From positions 128,001-192,000 of the forward strand of contig CAVRCJ010000003.1 in the NCBI GenBank assembly GCA_963719515.1: 64,000 nucleotides of DNA, in the 5' to 3' direction. Position 1 is the first letter of the stretch. Each line of letters begins with the position of its first letter. This stretch comes from an uncultured cyanobacterium. GTDB taxonomy: Bacteria > Cyanobacteriota > Cyanobacteriia > CAKZMO01. The translations under genes and the position numbers were made by a program. Shown in pieces: positions 1 through 10,430 of the stretch. A model generated the notes under the pieces. The model searched no databases. It saw only the letters and a list, made by a program, of their open reading frames with translations, and was not told the origin of the DNA.

Positions 1-70
1 TCAATCGTCAGTTTAGCTGAGTGGCCGCGATCCTGCCCGTGGTCGTTCTACCTGTATTGCACTACACCCC

Positions 71-1507
71 ATGAGATCATCTCCGTCCGGCACGATTCAA
101 GGCCTTTTCCGCAGCGCCAACCGCTGGTTTGAGCGCACGCCGAGACGTGCCCTCAACGACGCCTACGAGGCCGCGATCGCCATCAAGGCGATTGAAGACA
201 ACCACTTTGGCGGCGGCAAAATCGCCTCTGAATCCGGCGAATATAGCCAAAACGTCTATGGCTACTTTCGCTCTCAGCTGACCAGCAATCTGAGAACTAT
301 TCGAGTGCGGCTGACGGAATTTAAGCTGAGCGACTCGGTGATTCGTGCCACCCGCTCGAGCCGAAGCCCCGATCAAATTGACGTTGATGAGGTGGCGACC
401 GAGCTGCAAACGATAGACATCAGCAACGACGCCCGAGCCACCCTGCGCAAGCTTAAGTTTATTGACCAGGTGCTGAGCCGCTACCGGGCGGTCCCCAGTG
501 AGCCAGCCCAGACTGAGGCAGCGGCAGGAGAGCGCCAGCGGCAGGGCGGCCTACGCTTCGGACGGGCCGCTCCCCCCGGTGGCCTAGCCCCAAACGGCTC
601 AGCGGCCATGCTGTCGGCTACTGCAAAAGACGAAGCGCAGATGCGGCAGGCCCGCCGTGCAGGGAAGTCTGACGTCAAGTCGTCCGTGCTCAAAGATACG
701 GCCTCCCTTACCGATAAGACGGGGGTCCTGCCTCGCTCCATCCTGCGGACGGTGGACCGAATCACGCGGGAGCTTGATCCCGCCGCAGAGAACGAGGTGG
801 TGGACGAATTCCGCGATTCCAAGGCGCGTACAGCGGTATCGCTGCGGTTCATTCTGCTGCTGATTATCGTGCCGCTGCTCACCCACCAGGTGAGCAAAAA
901 TTTCATAGTAGGGCCAATTGTAGACGCGGTGCGCCCGGTTGAAGAGACGACCATATTTCTCAACGAAGAGATGGAAGAGGAGGCCATACGCGAGCTCAAC
1001 CTGTTCCGCGAGCGTCTCCAGTTTGAGCGCCTTGTGGGGGTGGCCCCAGAACTCACCAACGACGCCATCGATGAGCAGGTGAAAGAGAAGGCTCAGGACA
1101 TTGAGGTGGCCTACCGCCGCCGCAGCGGTGGCGCCGTCAAGAACGTGTTTGCAGACATTTTGTCGGTACTGGCGTTCGTGTCGATTCTCATGATTAGTAA
1201 GCGCGAGATCGCTACCCTCAAATCCTTTATTGATGAAGTCGTTTACGGCCTCAGCGACAGCGCCAAAGCCTTCATCATCATTTTGCTGACCGATACCTTC
1301 GTAGGCTTTCACTCCCCCCACGGCTGGGAGATCATTTTGGAAGGAGCCGCTCGCCATTTCGGGCTGCCCGCCAATCGAGATTTCATCTTTATCTTTATTG
1401 CCACCTTTCCGGTCATCCTGGATACGGTGTTCAAGTACTGGATCTTCCGCTATCTCAACCGAATTTCGCCGTCGGCGGTGTCCACCTACAAGACCATGAA
1501 CGAGTAG
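71..1507 (+). CDS. pxcA: Proton extrusion protein PcxA/CotA (CemA family)
   Basis: 478-aa ORF; N-terminal TPRRALNDAYEAAIAIKAIE motif; C-terminal CemA signature LSDSAKAFIIILLTDTFVGFHSPHGWE...FPVILDTVFKYWIFRYLNRISPSAV. Confidence 0.93.
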   Translation: MRSSPSGTIQGLFRSANRWFERTPRRALNDAYEAAIAIKAIEDNHFGGGKIASESGEYSQNVYGYFRSQLTSNLRTIRVRLTEFKLSDSVIRATRSSRSPDQIDVDEVATELQTIDISNDARATLRKLKFIDQVLSRYRAVPSEPAQTEAAAGERQRQGGLRFGRAAPPGGLAPNGSAAMLSATAKDEAQMRQARRAGKSDVKSSVLKDTASLTDKTGVLPRSILRTVDRITRELDPAAENEVVDEFRDSKARTAVSLRFILLLIIVPLLTHQVSKNFIVGPIVDAVRPVEETTIFLNEEMEEEAIRELNLFRERLQFERLVGVAPELTNDAIDEQVKEKAQDIEVAYRRRSGGAVKNVFADILSVLAFVSILMISKREIATLKSFIDEVVYGLSDSAKAFIIILLTDTFVGFHSPHGWEIILEGAARHFGLPANRDFIFIFIATFPVILDTVFKYWIFRYLNRISPSAVSTYKTMNE

Positions 1508-1532
1508 GGATAGGGCAGTGCCCTGCCCTTGC
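1504..1532 (+). repeat. GTAG-type REP-like palindrome between convergent genes
   Basis: GTAGGGATAGGGCAGTGCCCTGCCCTTGC; imperfect palindrome similar to the copy at 43321-43348. Confidence 0.5.
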
Positions 1533-1540
1533 AACCCGGC

Positions 1541-2917
1541 CTACGACTCTACCTTCGTTTCTTGCAGCGCCTGACCAACAGCGATCGCCGCAGCAACCTC
1601 ACCTTGCTGCGGCCTTGCCTGGAGGCCCGGATCCGTTACTCGCAGGGCAAGCAGCGCCCCGATGGCAAAGCATACCCCCCCCAGTATCACCGCCGAGAGC
1701 CGGTTGTCGTGAAACACGTTGGACATCACCCAGCCCAACCCCAGAGAGGCCAGCACCTCCGGCAGGACGATGAAAGAATTAAAAATGCCCATGTAGATGC
1801 CACCCTTTTTAAGGGGTAAAGACCCCACCAAAATGGCGTAGGGCATCGACAGCAAACTAGCCCAGGCAATGCCAACCCCCACCATCGACAGCAGCAGCAG
1901 GTAGCGATCATGGACAACCCCAATGGAAAGGGTGCCCACCGCCCCGGCCCCCATACAGAGCGCGTGGGTCACCTTGCGGCTGGTGAGCCGCGCCATCTGA
2001 GGCAGCAAAAAGGAGGCCACGACGCACACCGCGTTGTACATCGCCATGCAGACCCCGGCCCAGGCAATGCCCTCGGCGTAGAGGGCGGAATGTTCATTTA
2101 CCGCGCCAAACACATTGCGGGCGATCGCTGGGGGAAAGTAGAGGAATAGACAGTACATTCCGAGCCAGCTAAAGCACTGGGTCCAGGCCAGCTGCCGCAT
2201 GGTCAAGGGCATTTCCCGCAGCGCCGTCCCGATTTCCCGAAAGGTGCTGCCCACCCCCAGCCGCCGCTCCTGCTGACGCTCAAAGGCCGCCATGTCTTTG
2301 GGCGGGTATTCCTTGGTGGTGAATACGGTCCACAGCACGCAGCTCAAAAATACGGCGCTGCCAATATAAAAGGAGAGGGTGACGCTGAAGGGAATGGTCT
2401 CAGACTCAGCGCTGATGGGAATGAACCACTGATTGAGTACCCAGGGCAGCGCCGAGGCGATGATGGCTCCCACCCCCACAAAGACGCTCTGCATCGCAAA
2501 GGCCTTGGTGCGCTGCTCCGGCGGCACTAAATCCCCCACAAAGGCGCGAAACGGCTCCATGCTGATGTTGGCAGCGGTGTCGAGCAGCCACAGCGACCCC
2601 ACCGCAATCCAGAGGCTGGAGGAGTTGGGCACAATAATCAGCGCGATGGAAGCAAGAATCGCGCCGATCAAGAAGTAGGGCCGTCTGCGCCCCAGGGGTC
2701 CCCAAGTGTTGTCGCTGAGGTTGCCAATAATGGGCTGGACGATCAGCCCTGTGAGCGGCGCGGCCAGCCACAGAATAGGAATCTGGTGGGCGTCAGCTCC
2801 TAAATATTCAAATATGGCGCTTGTGTTGGTCATCTGCAGACCCCAGCCAAACTGAATGCCGAGGAACCCAACACTCATGTTTGAAAGCTGCCAGAGGGTC
2901 AATTTTGGTTTATTCAT
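1541..2917 (-). CDS. MFS sugar transporter (SLC45/sucrose-maltose-like)
   Basis: Multi-TM ORF with motifs GFLGIQFGWGLQ, GRRRPY, DTAANISMEPFRAFVGD and GIYMGIFNSFIVLP. Start is either 2917 (MNKPKL) or 2977. Confidence 0.85.
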   Translation of the reverse strand: MNKPKLTLWQLSNMSVGFLGIQFGWGLQMTNTSAIFEYLGADAHQIPILWLAAPLTGLIVQPIIGNLSDNTWGPLGRRRPYFLIGAILASIALIIVPNSSSLWIAVGSLWLLDTAANISMEPFRAFVGDLVPPEQRTKAFAMQSVFVGVGAIIASALPWVLNQWFIPISAESETIPFSVTLSFYIGSAVFLSCVLWTVFTTKEYPPKDMAAFERQQERRLGVGSTFREIGTALREMPLTMRQLAWTQCFSWLGMYCLFLYFPPAIARNVFGAVNEHSALYAEGIAWAGVCMAMYNAVCVVASFLLPQMARLTSRKVTHALCMGAGAVGTLSIGVVHDRYLLLLSMVGVGIAWASLLSMPYAILVGSLPLKKGGIYMGIFNSFIVLPEVLASLGLGWVMSNVFHDNRLSAVILGGVCFAIGALLALRVTDPGLQARPQQGEVAAAIAVGQALQETKVES

Positions 2918-3101
2918 TTGTGAAGAAATACCGTCAGCGCCATTTCGAGCATATCGCGATATCTCTAAGCTCTGCATAGCTCAGGCTACAAGACCATGTC
3001 AGCGATCGCCAATGGACCAAGTGAATAACTATCTAAAAATGCGCTCAAGAGAGTCAAAATCGCGGGGTACAATAGAGCGGTTGTATCCTAGAACACGAGC
3101 C

Positions 3102-4397
3102 TTGATTGAGCGCTACACCCTTCCCGAGATGGGCGATTTGTGGACAACCGAATACAAGCTTAAGACCTGGCTGCGGGTCGAGATTGCCGTTTGCGAGGCT
3201 CAAGCAGAGCTAGGGTACATCCCTGCTGAGGCGGTAGAGACAATTAAGGAAAAAGCTGACTTCGACCCCGACCGCGTGCTGGAGATCGAAAAAGAGGTCA
3301 AGCATGACGTGATCGCGTTCCTCACCAACGTCAACGAATACGTAGGGGATGCGGGGCGCTACATTCACCTGGGGATGACCAGCTCAGACATGCTGGATAC
3401 GGCCCTCGCGCTGCAGATGGTGGATAGCCTAGACGTGATGCTCAGCGCCGTAGAAGCCCTGACCCAGTCTATCCGCTACCAGGCTCAGCAGCACCGCTAC
3501 ACCGTGATGATTGGCCGCTCCCACGGCATCCACGCCGAGCCCATCACCTTTGGCTTCAAGCTAGCAGGCTGGCTGGCGGAGATGCTGCGCCACCGCGATC
3601 GCCTTTGCCAAACCCGCAGCCGGGTCGCGGTGGGTAAGATCTCCGGGGCGGTAGGCACCTACGCCAACATCGAGCCCCGTGTCGAGGCGCTCACCTGCCA
3701 AAAGCTAGGGCTGCAGCCCGACTGCGCCTCCACCCAAATTGTCTCGCGCGATCGCCACGCTGAATTTTTGCAGACTTTGGCCCTGGTGGCCGCCAGCCTG
3801 GAGCGCTTCTCGGTGGAGATTCGCAACCTGCAGCGCACGGACGTACTGGAAGTAGAAGAGTATTTTTCCAAGGGGCAAAAGGGCTCGTCGGCCATGCCCC
3901 ACAAGCGCAACCCGATTAAATCGGAGCGGATATCGGGGCTGGCGAGGGTGATTCGCGGCAACGCCGTGGCTGCTCTAGAAAATGTGGCCCTGTGGCACGA
4001 GCGGGATATCTCCCACAGCTCCGTAGAGCGGATGATTTTGCCGGATTCCTGCACCCTACTGCACTTCATGCTGGTGGAGATGACGGGACTGGTGCAGAAC
4101 CTGCTGGTGTACCCCGAGAATATGGCCCGCAACATGAACTGCTACGGCGGAGTGGTGTTCAGTCAGCGGGTGCTGCTGGCGCTGGTGGACAAAGGCATGA
4201 ACCGTGAGGAAGCCTACAGCGCGGTGCAGGGCTGCGCTCATGCGGCCTGGAATACCGCCGATGGAGATTTCCAGGCGCTGGTGACCCAGAATGAGACAAT
4301 TACCGCGCAGCTGTCGTCAGAGGAGATTGAAGATTGCTTTGACCCGAAGCATCACCTGCGGCATTTAGATCAGGTGTACGAGCGGCTGAACATTTAG
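3102..4397 (+). CDS. purB: Adenylosuccinate lyase
   Basis: Fumarate-lyase signature GSSAMPHKRNP; start placed at TTG of (M)IERYT, giving 431 aa. Confidence 0.96.
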   Translation: MIERYTLPEMGDLWTTEYKLKTWLRVEIAVCEAQAELGYIPAEAVETIKEKADFDPDRVLEIEKEVKHDVIAFLTNVNEYVGDAGRYIHLGMTSSDMLDTALALQMVDSLDVMLSAVEALTQSIRYQAQQHRYTVMIGRSHGIHAEPITFGFKLAGWLAEMLRHRDRLCQTRSRVAVGKISGAVGTYANIEPRVEALTCQKLGLQPDCASTQIVSRDRHAEFLQTLALVAASLERFSVEIRNLQRTDVLEVEEYFSKGQKGSSAMPHKRNPIKSERISGLARVIRGNAVAALENVALWHERDISHSSVERMILPDSCTLLHFMLVEMTGLVQNLLVYPENMARNMNCYGGVVFSQRVLLALVDKGMNREEAYSAVQGCAHAAWNTADGDFQALVTQNETITAQLSSEEIEDCFDPKHHLRHLDQVYERLNI

Positions 4398-4648
4398 GCA
4401 AACTTAGCGCTACGGTTGAGATTGATAATCTCGCGTCGATTTGCCTATGGGAGCCTCCATAACTGGTATTAGTTCTAGGGCTGACTTGCTGACTGCCATC
4501 AGCCCTAGACGTTTTCCCCTAGCTCAGTTTGGGTTCTGCCTCAATCGGCCTAACCCGAACTAATGCTAAGAGACGAAACGCGGATAAACCAGTCGAGGTT
4601 TTGGCGATCGCCCCTCTGTGCGAGGAATCGCACCAAAGCAGCCGCAGC

Positions 4649-4918
4649 TTAAGGATCGCACACTTTTTCTGCAATTTTTTGCCTACGGAACGCTCTCGCT
4701 TGCGCTCTCGTGCTGAAGCAACCAAGCTCCTGTGTTGCTACCGCCTCTGCACCTACCTCAGATCCTTCTGCAGTCTCCCGTGAAGACGCAAGTCCTGCGA
4801 ATTGAACGATTATGCACCGGCCGTCATTTTGCTTATAGACGCACCATACGCCTGCGGAATTCTGTTCAATTTCCATACCGTCCTGTTCAATTTCCATACC
4901 GCTTTGTTCGGCTTCCAT
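4649..4918 (-). CDS. Small hypothetical protein resembling a cyanobacterial WxxxKxxxGxC...GxF family
   Basis: WCVYKQNDGRCIIV...LGCFSTRAQARAFRRQKIAEKVCDP; N-terminal 7-aa (21-bp) tandem repeats; start uncertain. Confidence 0.5.
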   Translation of the reverse strand: MEAEQSGMEIEQDGMEIEQNSAGVWCVYKQNDGRCIIVQFAGLASSRETAEGSEVGAEAVATQELGCFSTRAQARAFRRQKIAEKVCDP

Positions 4919-5175
4919 AGATCTCTGTCCAAATTTTACTAAGTGATTGTATAGCACGGCCAGAACCAAACGTGAGAGAACAATCCCAAGGGGAGTTCAC
5001 CCTCAGATGGCCAAAACCAGCGCTCAAGGTGTCGCTGGATCTTGAGTTTTTAGTCGATCTGGCAACTCAGAGATTCAGTGACTTTCTTAAAAGCTTATAC
5101 GGTAGAGTTTGAGAGATTATGCAAGGATAGCCTAGGAAGGTTGAGTAAATTAGCCTCAAGCGCGGGCAATATCCC

Positions 5176-8100
5176 TCAGTTCTCGCATGGAAGCGAGGAA
5201 GACGCTAACGGCTGCGCTTCTGCCACCAACACAATCTGACCCTGCTCATTTTTTATCCAGCCCTGGGCTTCAACAACAGGGACAATCGCCGGTCTAGCTT
5301 CTCTGGAGAAACTGCGCCGACCGCTGTCTACGGCCGGCCTCTGGTCATCGTGCGCCTGGCTTTGGATTTCGTTAGGGACAGCTTCATGACCGACAATGGG
5401 CAGCACGTCCTGCCACGGCGCGATCGCCGCCGGGTCGAGCGGACTTTGAGGAATACCGCCCCGACCCGTAACAATGAACTGGCTACCGGAAGCGACAAAC
5501 GTCTCGCGGCAGCTTTGGACCAAGTCTGGGGCCGCAAAGGTAGTGGGGAGCTCGACGGTCGATTGATCAGGATCGACCTCAGGGCTTTGAATGACAATTT
5601 CGCCGAAGACGCCGTTGCGAGAGCTAGCGGTAATATCGCTTTGGGTCGTGCGAAAGCGACGGGGAACGATACCAAAAATACCGCTGCTGGCGGTGATATC
5701 GACGTTGCCACCCATGCCATCAAAGGCGTTGGCGGTGATATCGCTGTTCCCGCCAGCCGTGAGAAAGCGGGTAGTGATGGAGATATCTCCGCCGTCGCCA
5801 CCGCCTTCAGCGGCTCCGGCGGTAGTAGAAATTTCGCTGCCGCCCTGGAGCAGCAGCAGGTCGCTCAGAGCGAAGCTCAGGTCACCGCCGTCGCTGCTGA
5901 GCGTGGTGGCACTAATGCGGCTGTTGTCGGCAAGCGTAAGTAGATCTCCCTCTAGGGAAACGCTGCCGCCCTGTCCCTGACCCGCAGAACTTACTGTAAT
6001 GCGGCCGCCGTTGCGTAGCGCCGTCTCACCTGCGATGACGGTAATGCGGCCGCCCTGCCCCGTCGATCTGGGCCCTGTACTAGATTCAATAGAGCTGCTG
6101 TTAATATCTAACCGATCGGCATTGATGCGAATTGCCCCCGCGTTACCCTCCCTGTTGGTATTGCTGTTGATTCGGCTGTCGGTCAGCGTGACCTGTCCGG
6201 GGCTGGTGATGGCGACGCCGCCGGCAGGCTGGCTACCGTTGGCGTCAGCTTGAATTTCGACGTTGTTGAAGGCGATGTTACTAGCACTCTCGATCGCTGT
6301 ATTGCCGGCTTGACCAAAATCATCTAGGTCAAGTGTAAGCGTCCTGGCGTTAGGAACTGGAAAAGGATTAGGAATCTCTACTTGGCCGCTCGTAGTGGTG
6401 CGCAGATTTCTGATCCTCAAGGTTTCTATGAAACCCCGAACGTCAACGTCGCCCGACTGCCCATTGCTCGAGAGCGTGATTATCTCTAGCCCTGAGACAG
6501 TATCAGACATAAAAGAGACTTCCCCCCCAAACCCTGTAATTTCTCCTGTCTCGGCAACAGAGAACGTAACTACCTGAGTCTCATCACCGGCGATCGCCCC
6601 CTCTATTGCCGCTAGGGAAATTTTTCCGCCATTTCCAGCAGTCCCCGAGTTTGAGAAAGAGAATGCGCTCAAATCACTGTCTGTAGAGATATCCCCGGCG
6701 CGCGAGGAGAGGGTGATATTGCCGCCATCGCCACTGTTGCCAGCGCTTGAATCTATTAAGTCCGATGCTAAGTTTGTATTTACGGGGAATACATTGGATA
6801 TCGAGAATGAGTTGGAGTCTAGACGTCTCCCGCTGATGACGATATCCCCGGCGCGTGAGGAGAGGGTAATACTGCCGCCATCGCCACTGTTGCCAGCGCT
6901 CAAATCTGCCGAAAACGGCCTTGAGGTGGCGGGTTTAGAAGTAGCGGAGCTTGAGAACGAATTGGATCTTAGGCTGCCTTCCCTGATGGCGATATCCTCA
7001 GAGCCCGAGGAGATGACGATATCGCCAGAGCCTGAGGAGATGGAGATAGGTCCCCCATCGCCACTATCGCCAGAAACTCCACGTGAGAATGAGGTCGAGG
7101 TTGTGCTGGTCCGTGAGCCTGAGGATGAAGACAGGTCGCCATTGACCGTAACGTTGCCGGTGCGGGAGGAAATAGCAATAGCTCCGCCATCGCCACTATC
7201 GCCGGAAATCGCACCTGCTTCTGATGGCATGCTTAGACCTGAGACCGAGGTCGAGATTGAGGATGAAGACAGGTCGCCATTGACCGTAATGTCCCCGGCG
7301 CGGGAGGACACAGTAATAGCTCCGCCATCGCCACTATCGCCGGAAACGGCGTCCAAACCTGAGAGCGCGTCAGAGCTCGACCCCGTTTCCAGGCTGCCGT
7401 CAATCGTAATGTCCCCAAAGGTAGAGGAAACGCTAATAGCTCCCCCGTCGCCGCTATCACTAGGAACGGTGCTCGAGTCAGCGCGCGACTCAGCGGTGAG
7501 CGGTGAGCTGACCTCAATATCGCCAAAGATAGAGGAAACGCTAATAGCTCCCCCGTCGCCGCTGTCCCCTAGAAGAGAGACAGCTGAGGCATCAACGCTT
7601 CCAACCAGGGTAATGCTCTCTTCAGCCGCTATCTGAATCTGTCCTCCATTTCCGCTATGCCCGCCTCCTGAAGCATCGATACCGGGAGTATCGACCTGGA
7701 TGTTGCCGCCTGCTAGCAAAACGACGTCGCTGCCCTGGTTTCCTGAAGAACCAGCATCGATTCTTGCTGCGGTAATATCGCCCCCGGCAGTGATTTCAAC
7801 CGCGCCGCTTGGGCTATCTATACCCGAGCTGGTCGTGATGACTGCAGCAACAGACAGGTTACCCAGGGCTTCTAGAGTCACTGCGCCCCCCGGCCCACCT
7901 CCAACCGAGGAGGCATTGATGATGAGCTGGGTTCCCTGAGCTGTCCCCCAAGGAGCTCTATTGCCTGCTTGAAGTAACCTGCCAGAATCTCCAGGGGCAT
8001 CGTCTGTTACGGTGAGCGTCCAAGTCCCTTCTGACAGCTGCCCATCGAAAACAGCGAGTCCCCCGTCCCCTTCCGGCTGAAATCTGCCGTTCAATGGCGT

Positions 8101-9387
8101 GGAGCCAGCAGAAATTGGCGCAGAAGCCTCATCATCGAGAATCGTATCTTGGAAATTATTGCCGCTCCCACCGATATCGCTAAAGAGCGGTAGCGCTGTT
8201 CCGTTCGGTGAGGTGAGTTCTGCAGACAGGTCCCCGGCGAAAGTATGCTCTGCTGAGAAGCGAACATCTACATCACTGATGTTGCTTCCCCCTGCGGATA
8301 CGGTGAAAGTAAAGCTAGCGGTTCCCAGCTCAGAACCGCTAACGGCATCGGGAATAGGGCCACCTGTATCAACGCCAATCACCTCACCCCCAACGACCTC
8401 TCGCTGCACTGAGGCGTCAATGATTCCCAAGGTCAAGTTGATTCCTGAAATAGCCAGGTTTCGGCCGTTGGTCTGCAGCGCGTCCTGTAGATCCAGCATC
8501 ACCACATCCCCCTTTCCGTTCCCGTCGGCGTCGGCCCACAGCACTATCTGGCCAGTGCCCCTCGCAAACAGCAGCGCGTTGTCAGCCGCATCGGCTATGG
8601 TGATGCCGTCTGCGGCTGCGACCAGCAGAGTCGTATCGCCAGAAGACTCTGATAACTCCGACGTCTCACTATCGACTAGCTCAACTCGGGTCCCCAAAAC
8701 CTGGGCAATTCCGCCAGGAGCAGCTAAGTGCACCGTGCTCGATACAGAATTTCCAAATAGCGTTAGGGTTTGCCCAGGGCCTACTTCTAGGTTGGCTTCA
8801 TTGACCAAATTCCCGTGGGGCTGATTTTGAGGCTGGGTATTGAACTGCACCCCCAGCGGTACGCTGATACTCAACAACTCGTTTTCTTGAGGTATAGCCC
8901 TAAAGTCACGGCCGTCGATAAAGGTAAAGCGGTCTCCCGTGCTGGCGGTAAACGACCCAGCAATGTCCAACTGCGCATTGGGACCAAAAACGATGCCGTT
9001 GGGGTTAAGCAAAAACACATCGGCATTGCCCAGACTGCCCAAGGTGCCAAAAATATCTGACGAAACGTCTCCCGTCACCCGACTAAATACCCGCGTGACT
9101 CCAGCCGGGTTTTCGAAATACACCCGCTGCCCTGCGCCAACGCTGAAGCGCTCAAAGCTATGAAAAACGTTCTCTCCCCGCCGTGCCCCAGCGCGAATCA
9201 GGTCAGCCGCCGCCTCATCCACCGTGACGCCGTCAATCAACAGCTGCGACGACTCCGCCCCCAGCGTCCGATCGGGGATGACCTGAGCCCCAACGCGATC
9301 GCCAACCGGGAAAGCCCAAAAAACGGCCAGCGGCACAAGACTCCAGCGAAGCCGTTGCGGTTTTAAAGAGGCGATCGCTTGCAGCAT
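5176..9387 (-). CDS. Filamentous haemagglutinin-like TpsA exoprotein with proprotein-convertase P-domain
   Basis: Signal peptide (..VGAQVIPDRTLG); TPS secretion domain (NVFHSFERFSV, FLLNPNGIVFGPNA); Gly/Ser/Asp beta-helix repeats; P-domain-like segment; C-terminal FIVTGRGGIP..VEAQGW motif. Confidence 0.88.
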   Translation of the reverse strand: MLQAIASLKPQRLRWSLVPLAVFWAFPVGDRVGAQVIPDRTLGAESSQLLIDGVTVDEAAADLIRAGARRGENVFHSFERFSVGAGQRVYFENPAGVTRVFSRVTGDVSSDIFGTLGSLGNADVFLLNPNGIVFGPNAQLDIAGSFTASTGDRFTFIDGRDFRAIPQENELLSISVPLGVQFNTQPQNQPHGNLVNEANLEVGPGQTLTLFGNSVSSTVHLAAPGGIAQVLGTRVELVDSETSELSESSGDTTLLVAAADGITIADAADNALLFARGTGQIVLWADADGNGKGDVVMLDLQDALQTNGRNLAISGINLTLGIIDASVQREVVGGEVIGVDTGGPIPDAVSGSELGTASFTFTVSAGGSNISDVDVRFSAEHTFAGDLSAELTSPNGTALPLFSDIGGSGNNFQDTILDDEASAPISAGSTPLNGRFQPEGDGGLAVFDGQLSEGTWTLTVTDDAPGDSGRLLQAGNRAPWGTAQGTQLIINASSVGGGPGGAVTLEALGNLSVAAVITTSSGIDSPSGAVEITAGGDITAARIDAGSSGNQGSDVVLLAGGNIQVDTPGIDASGGGHSGNGGQIQIAAEESITLVGSVDASAVSLLGDSGDGGAISVSSIFGDIEVSSPLTAESRADSSTVPSDSGDGGAISVSSTFGDITIDGSLETGSSSDALSGLDAVSGDSGDGGAITVSSRAGDITVNGDLSSSSISTSVSGLSMPSEAGAISGDSGDGGAIAISSRTGNVTVNGDLSSSSGSRTSTTSTSFSRGVSGDSGDGGPISISSGSGDIVISSGSEDIAIREGSLRSNSFSSSATSKPATSRPFSADLSAGNSGDGGSITLSSRAGDIVISGRRLDSNSFSISNVFPVNTNLASDLIDSSAGNSGDGGNITLSSRAGDISTDSDLSAFSFSNSGTAGNGGKISLAAIEGAIAGDETQVVTFSVAETGEITGFGGEVSFMSDTVSGLEIITLSSNGQSGDVDVRGFIETLRIRNLRTTTSGQVEIPNPFPVPNARTLTLDLDDFGQAGNTAIESASNIAFNNVEIQADANGSQPAGGVAITSPGQVTLTDSRINSNTNREGNAGAIRINADRLDINSSSIESSTGPRSTGQGGRITVIAGETALRNGGRITVSSAGQGQGGSVSLEGDLLTLADNSRISATTLSSDGGDLSFALSDLLLLQGGSEISTTAGAAEGGGDGGDISITTRFLTAGGNSDITANAFDGMGGNVDITASSGIFGIVPRRFRTTQSDITASSRNGVFGEIVIQSPEVDPDQSTVELPTTFAAPDLVQSCRETFVASGSQFIVTGRGGIPQSPLDPAAIAPWQDVLPIVGHEAVPNEIQSQAHDDQRPAVDSGRRSFSREARPAIVPVVEAQGWIKNEQGQIVLVAEAQPLASSSLPCEN

Positions 9388-9492
9388 AATCAGTATCGAT
9401 AGGGATGGAGAGTCCTTAGGTCACCCTAAAGATTTCCTGCTCCACGTTACCTGAATTTCCGCATCATGTTCAAAGATGCGTAAAGGAATAGC

Positions 9493-10254
9493 CTATTCCA
9501 GCTCACAGCACGGCTGGATCGGAGCCGCTCCTACCTGCTCTAGCCCCACCTGCTCTAGCAGCGCCGCCCAGGCCTCCTGGCTTTCAAAATCGCCGCCATC
9601 CGCCCGCCGCAGCTCCCCTAAAACCGTTAAGGCATCGTGCCAAATTCCCGCACGGGCGTAGGCCTGAGCCTGAGACAGCGATCGCACTGTACCTGCCGAA
9701 AACGGCTCTACCGCCTCCGCTGCAGCGCGCTCAATCGTGCCGCGCACAAACACCGCCGCTGCCGGGCGGTCTGGGTCGCAGGCGAGAGAGAGCGTCCAAT
9801 AGTGGGGCTCATTTAGGGGCAGGGTGACCGTGTCAGGAAGGGCGATCGCCAGGGTTCCAGCGTCCGTATCGACAGCGAGGGACGTGGAATAAAGAAAGTT
9901 GTCGGCGGCATCCTGCACCACGAGCTCCATTGGCATCTCGGAGGTTACCGCAGTAGGAAGATAAAACCACAGGGTGGGGTGAGCAGCCGTAGTCTGGCCC
10001 CGAACTATCCCCTCTGTAATTGGCACCAGCGCCTTCAGACCGCTGTAGTCTAGACAGTCGCCTCGACTCGCGCCGCCGTCGCGTCGCCCCGCTGGGGCAC
10101 CTTGCCCTGAGGGTGGGGGCGGGGCATTGAAGCGTATCGAGCTGGGTTCGGAGGACGGCTGAAACTGCGCCGAGCTAGGCTGCGCTAAACCGAGTACCGC
10201 TAGCAGCGATAGGCCAGAGCCAAGACATTGGATGAGCGTAGAGCTGAGTGTCAT
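9493..10254 (-). CDS. DUF928 domain protein (exported)
   Basis: Signal peptide; GAPAGRRDGGASRGDC, TTAAHPTLWFYLP and YARAGIWHDAL motifs. Confidence 0.85.
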   Translation of the reverse strand: MTLSSTLIQCLGSGLSLLAVLGLAQPSSAQFQPSSEPSSIRFNAPPPPSGQGAPAGRRDGGASRGDCLDYSGLKALVPITEGIVRGQTTAAHPTLWFYLPTAVTSEMPMELVVQDAADNFLYSTSLAVDTDAGTLAIALPDTVTLPLNEPHYWTLSLACDPDRPAAAVFVRGTIERAAAEAVEPFSAGTVRSLSQAQAYARAGIWHDALTVLGELRRADGGDFESQEAWAALLEQVGLEQVGAAPIQPCCELE

Positions 10255-10430
10255 AGAAGGTAGCGTGCAGTAACCCACACGAGAGAACGACAGAGACAAA
10301 ACAAAGAAATACTTGACCGCCCGAGCCAGATACAGCGTTTCTCAAGCTGGTGGAGTGCGGGCGGTGGCGTCGCACTGCGACGCCACCGCCAAATCCATAC
10401 ATCACGTGAGCAAGAATTGCTATAAACCAG

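Noticed and set aside
2856..3101. N-terminal extensions in the ORF track (purB, ferredoxin at 20243, psbM at 20586, ABC ATPase at 37081, phosphatase at 47097)
   Set aside because: They overlap neighbouring genes or promoters; family-typical starts lie downstream.
4475..4590. Hammerhead ribozyme suggested by CTGA/GAAAC words
   Set aside because: The CUGAUGA...GAAA...UH core is not present in the right order with supporting stems on either strand.
6713..8824. Long antisense ORFs (307 aa, 241 aa) opposite tpsA, and similar shadow ORFs elsewhere
   Set aside because: They mirror the repetitive, GC-rich sense gene and have no independent protein motifs.
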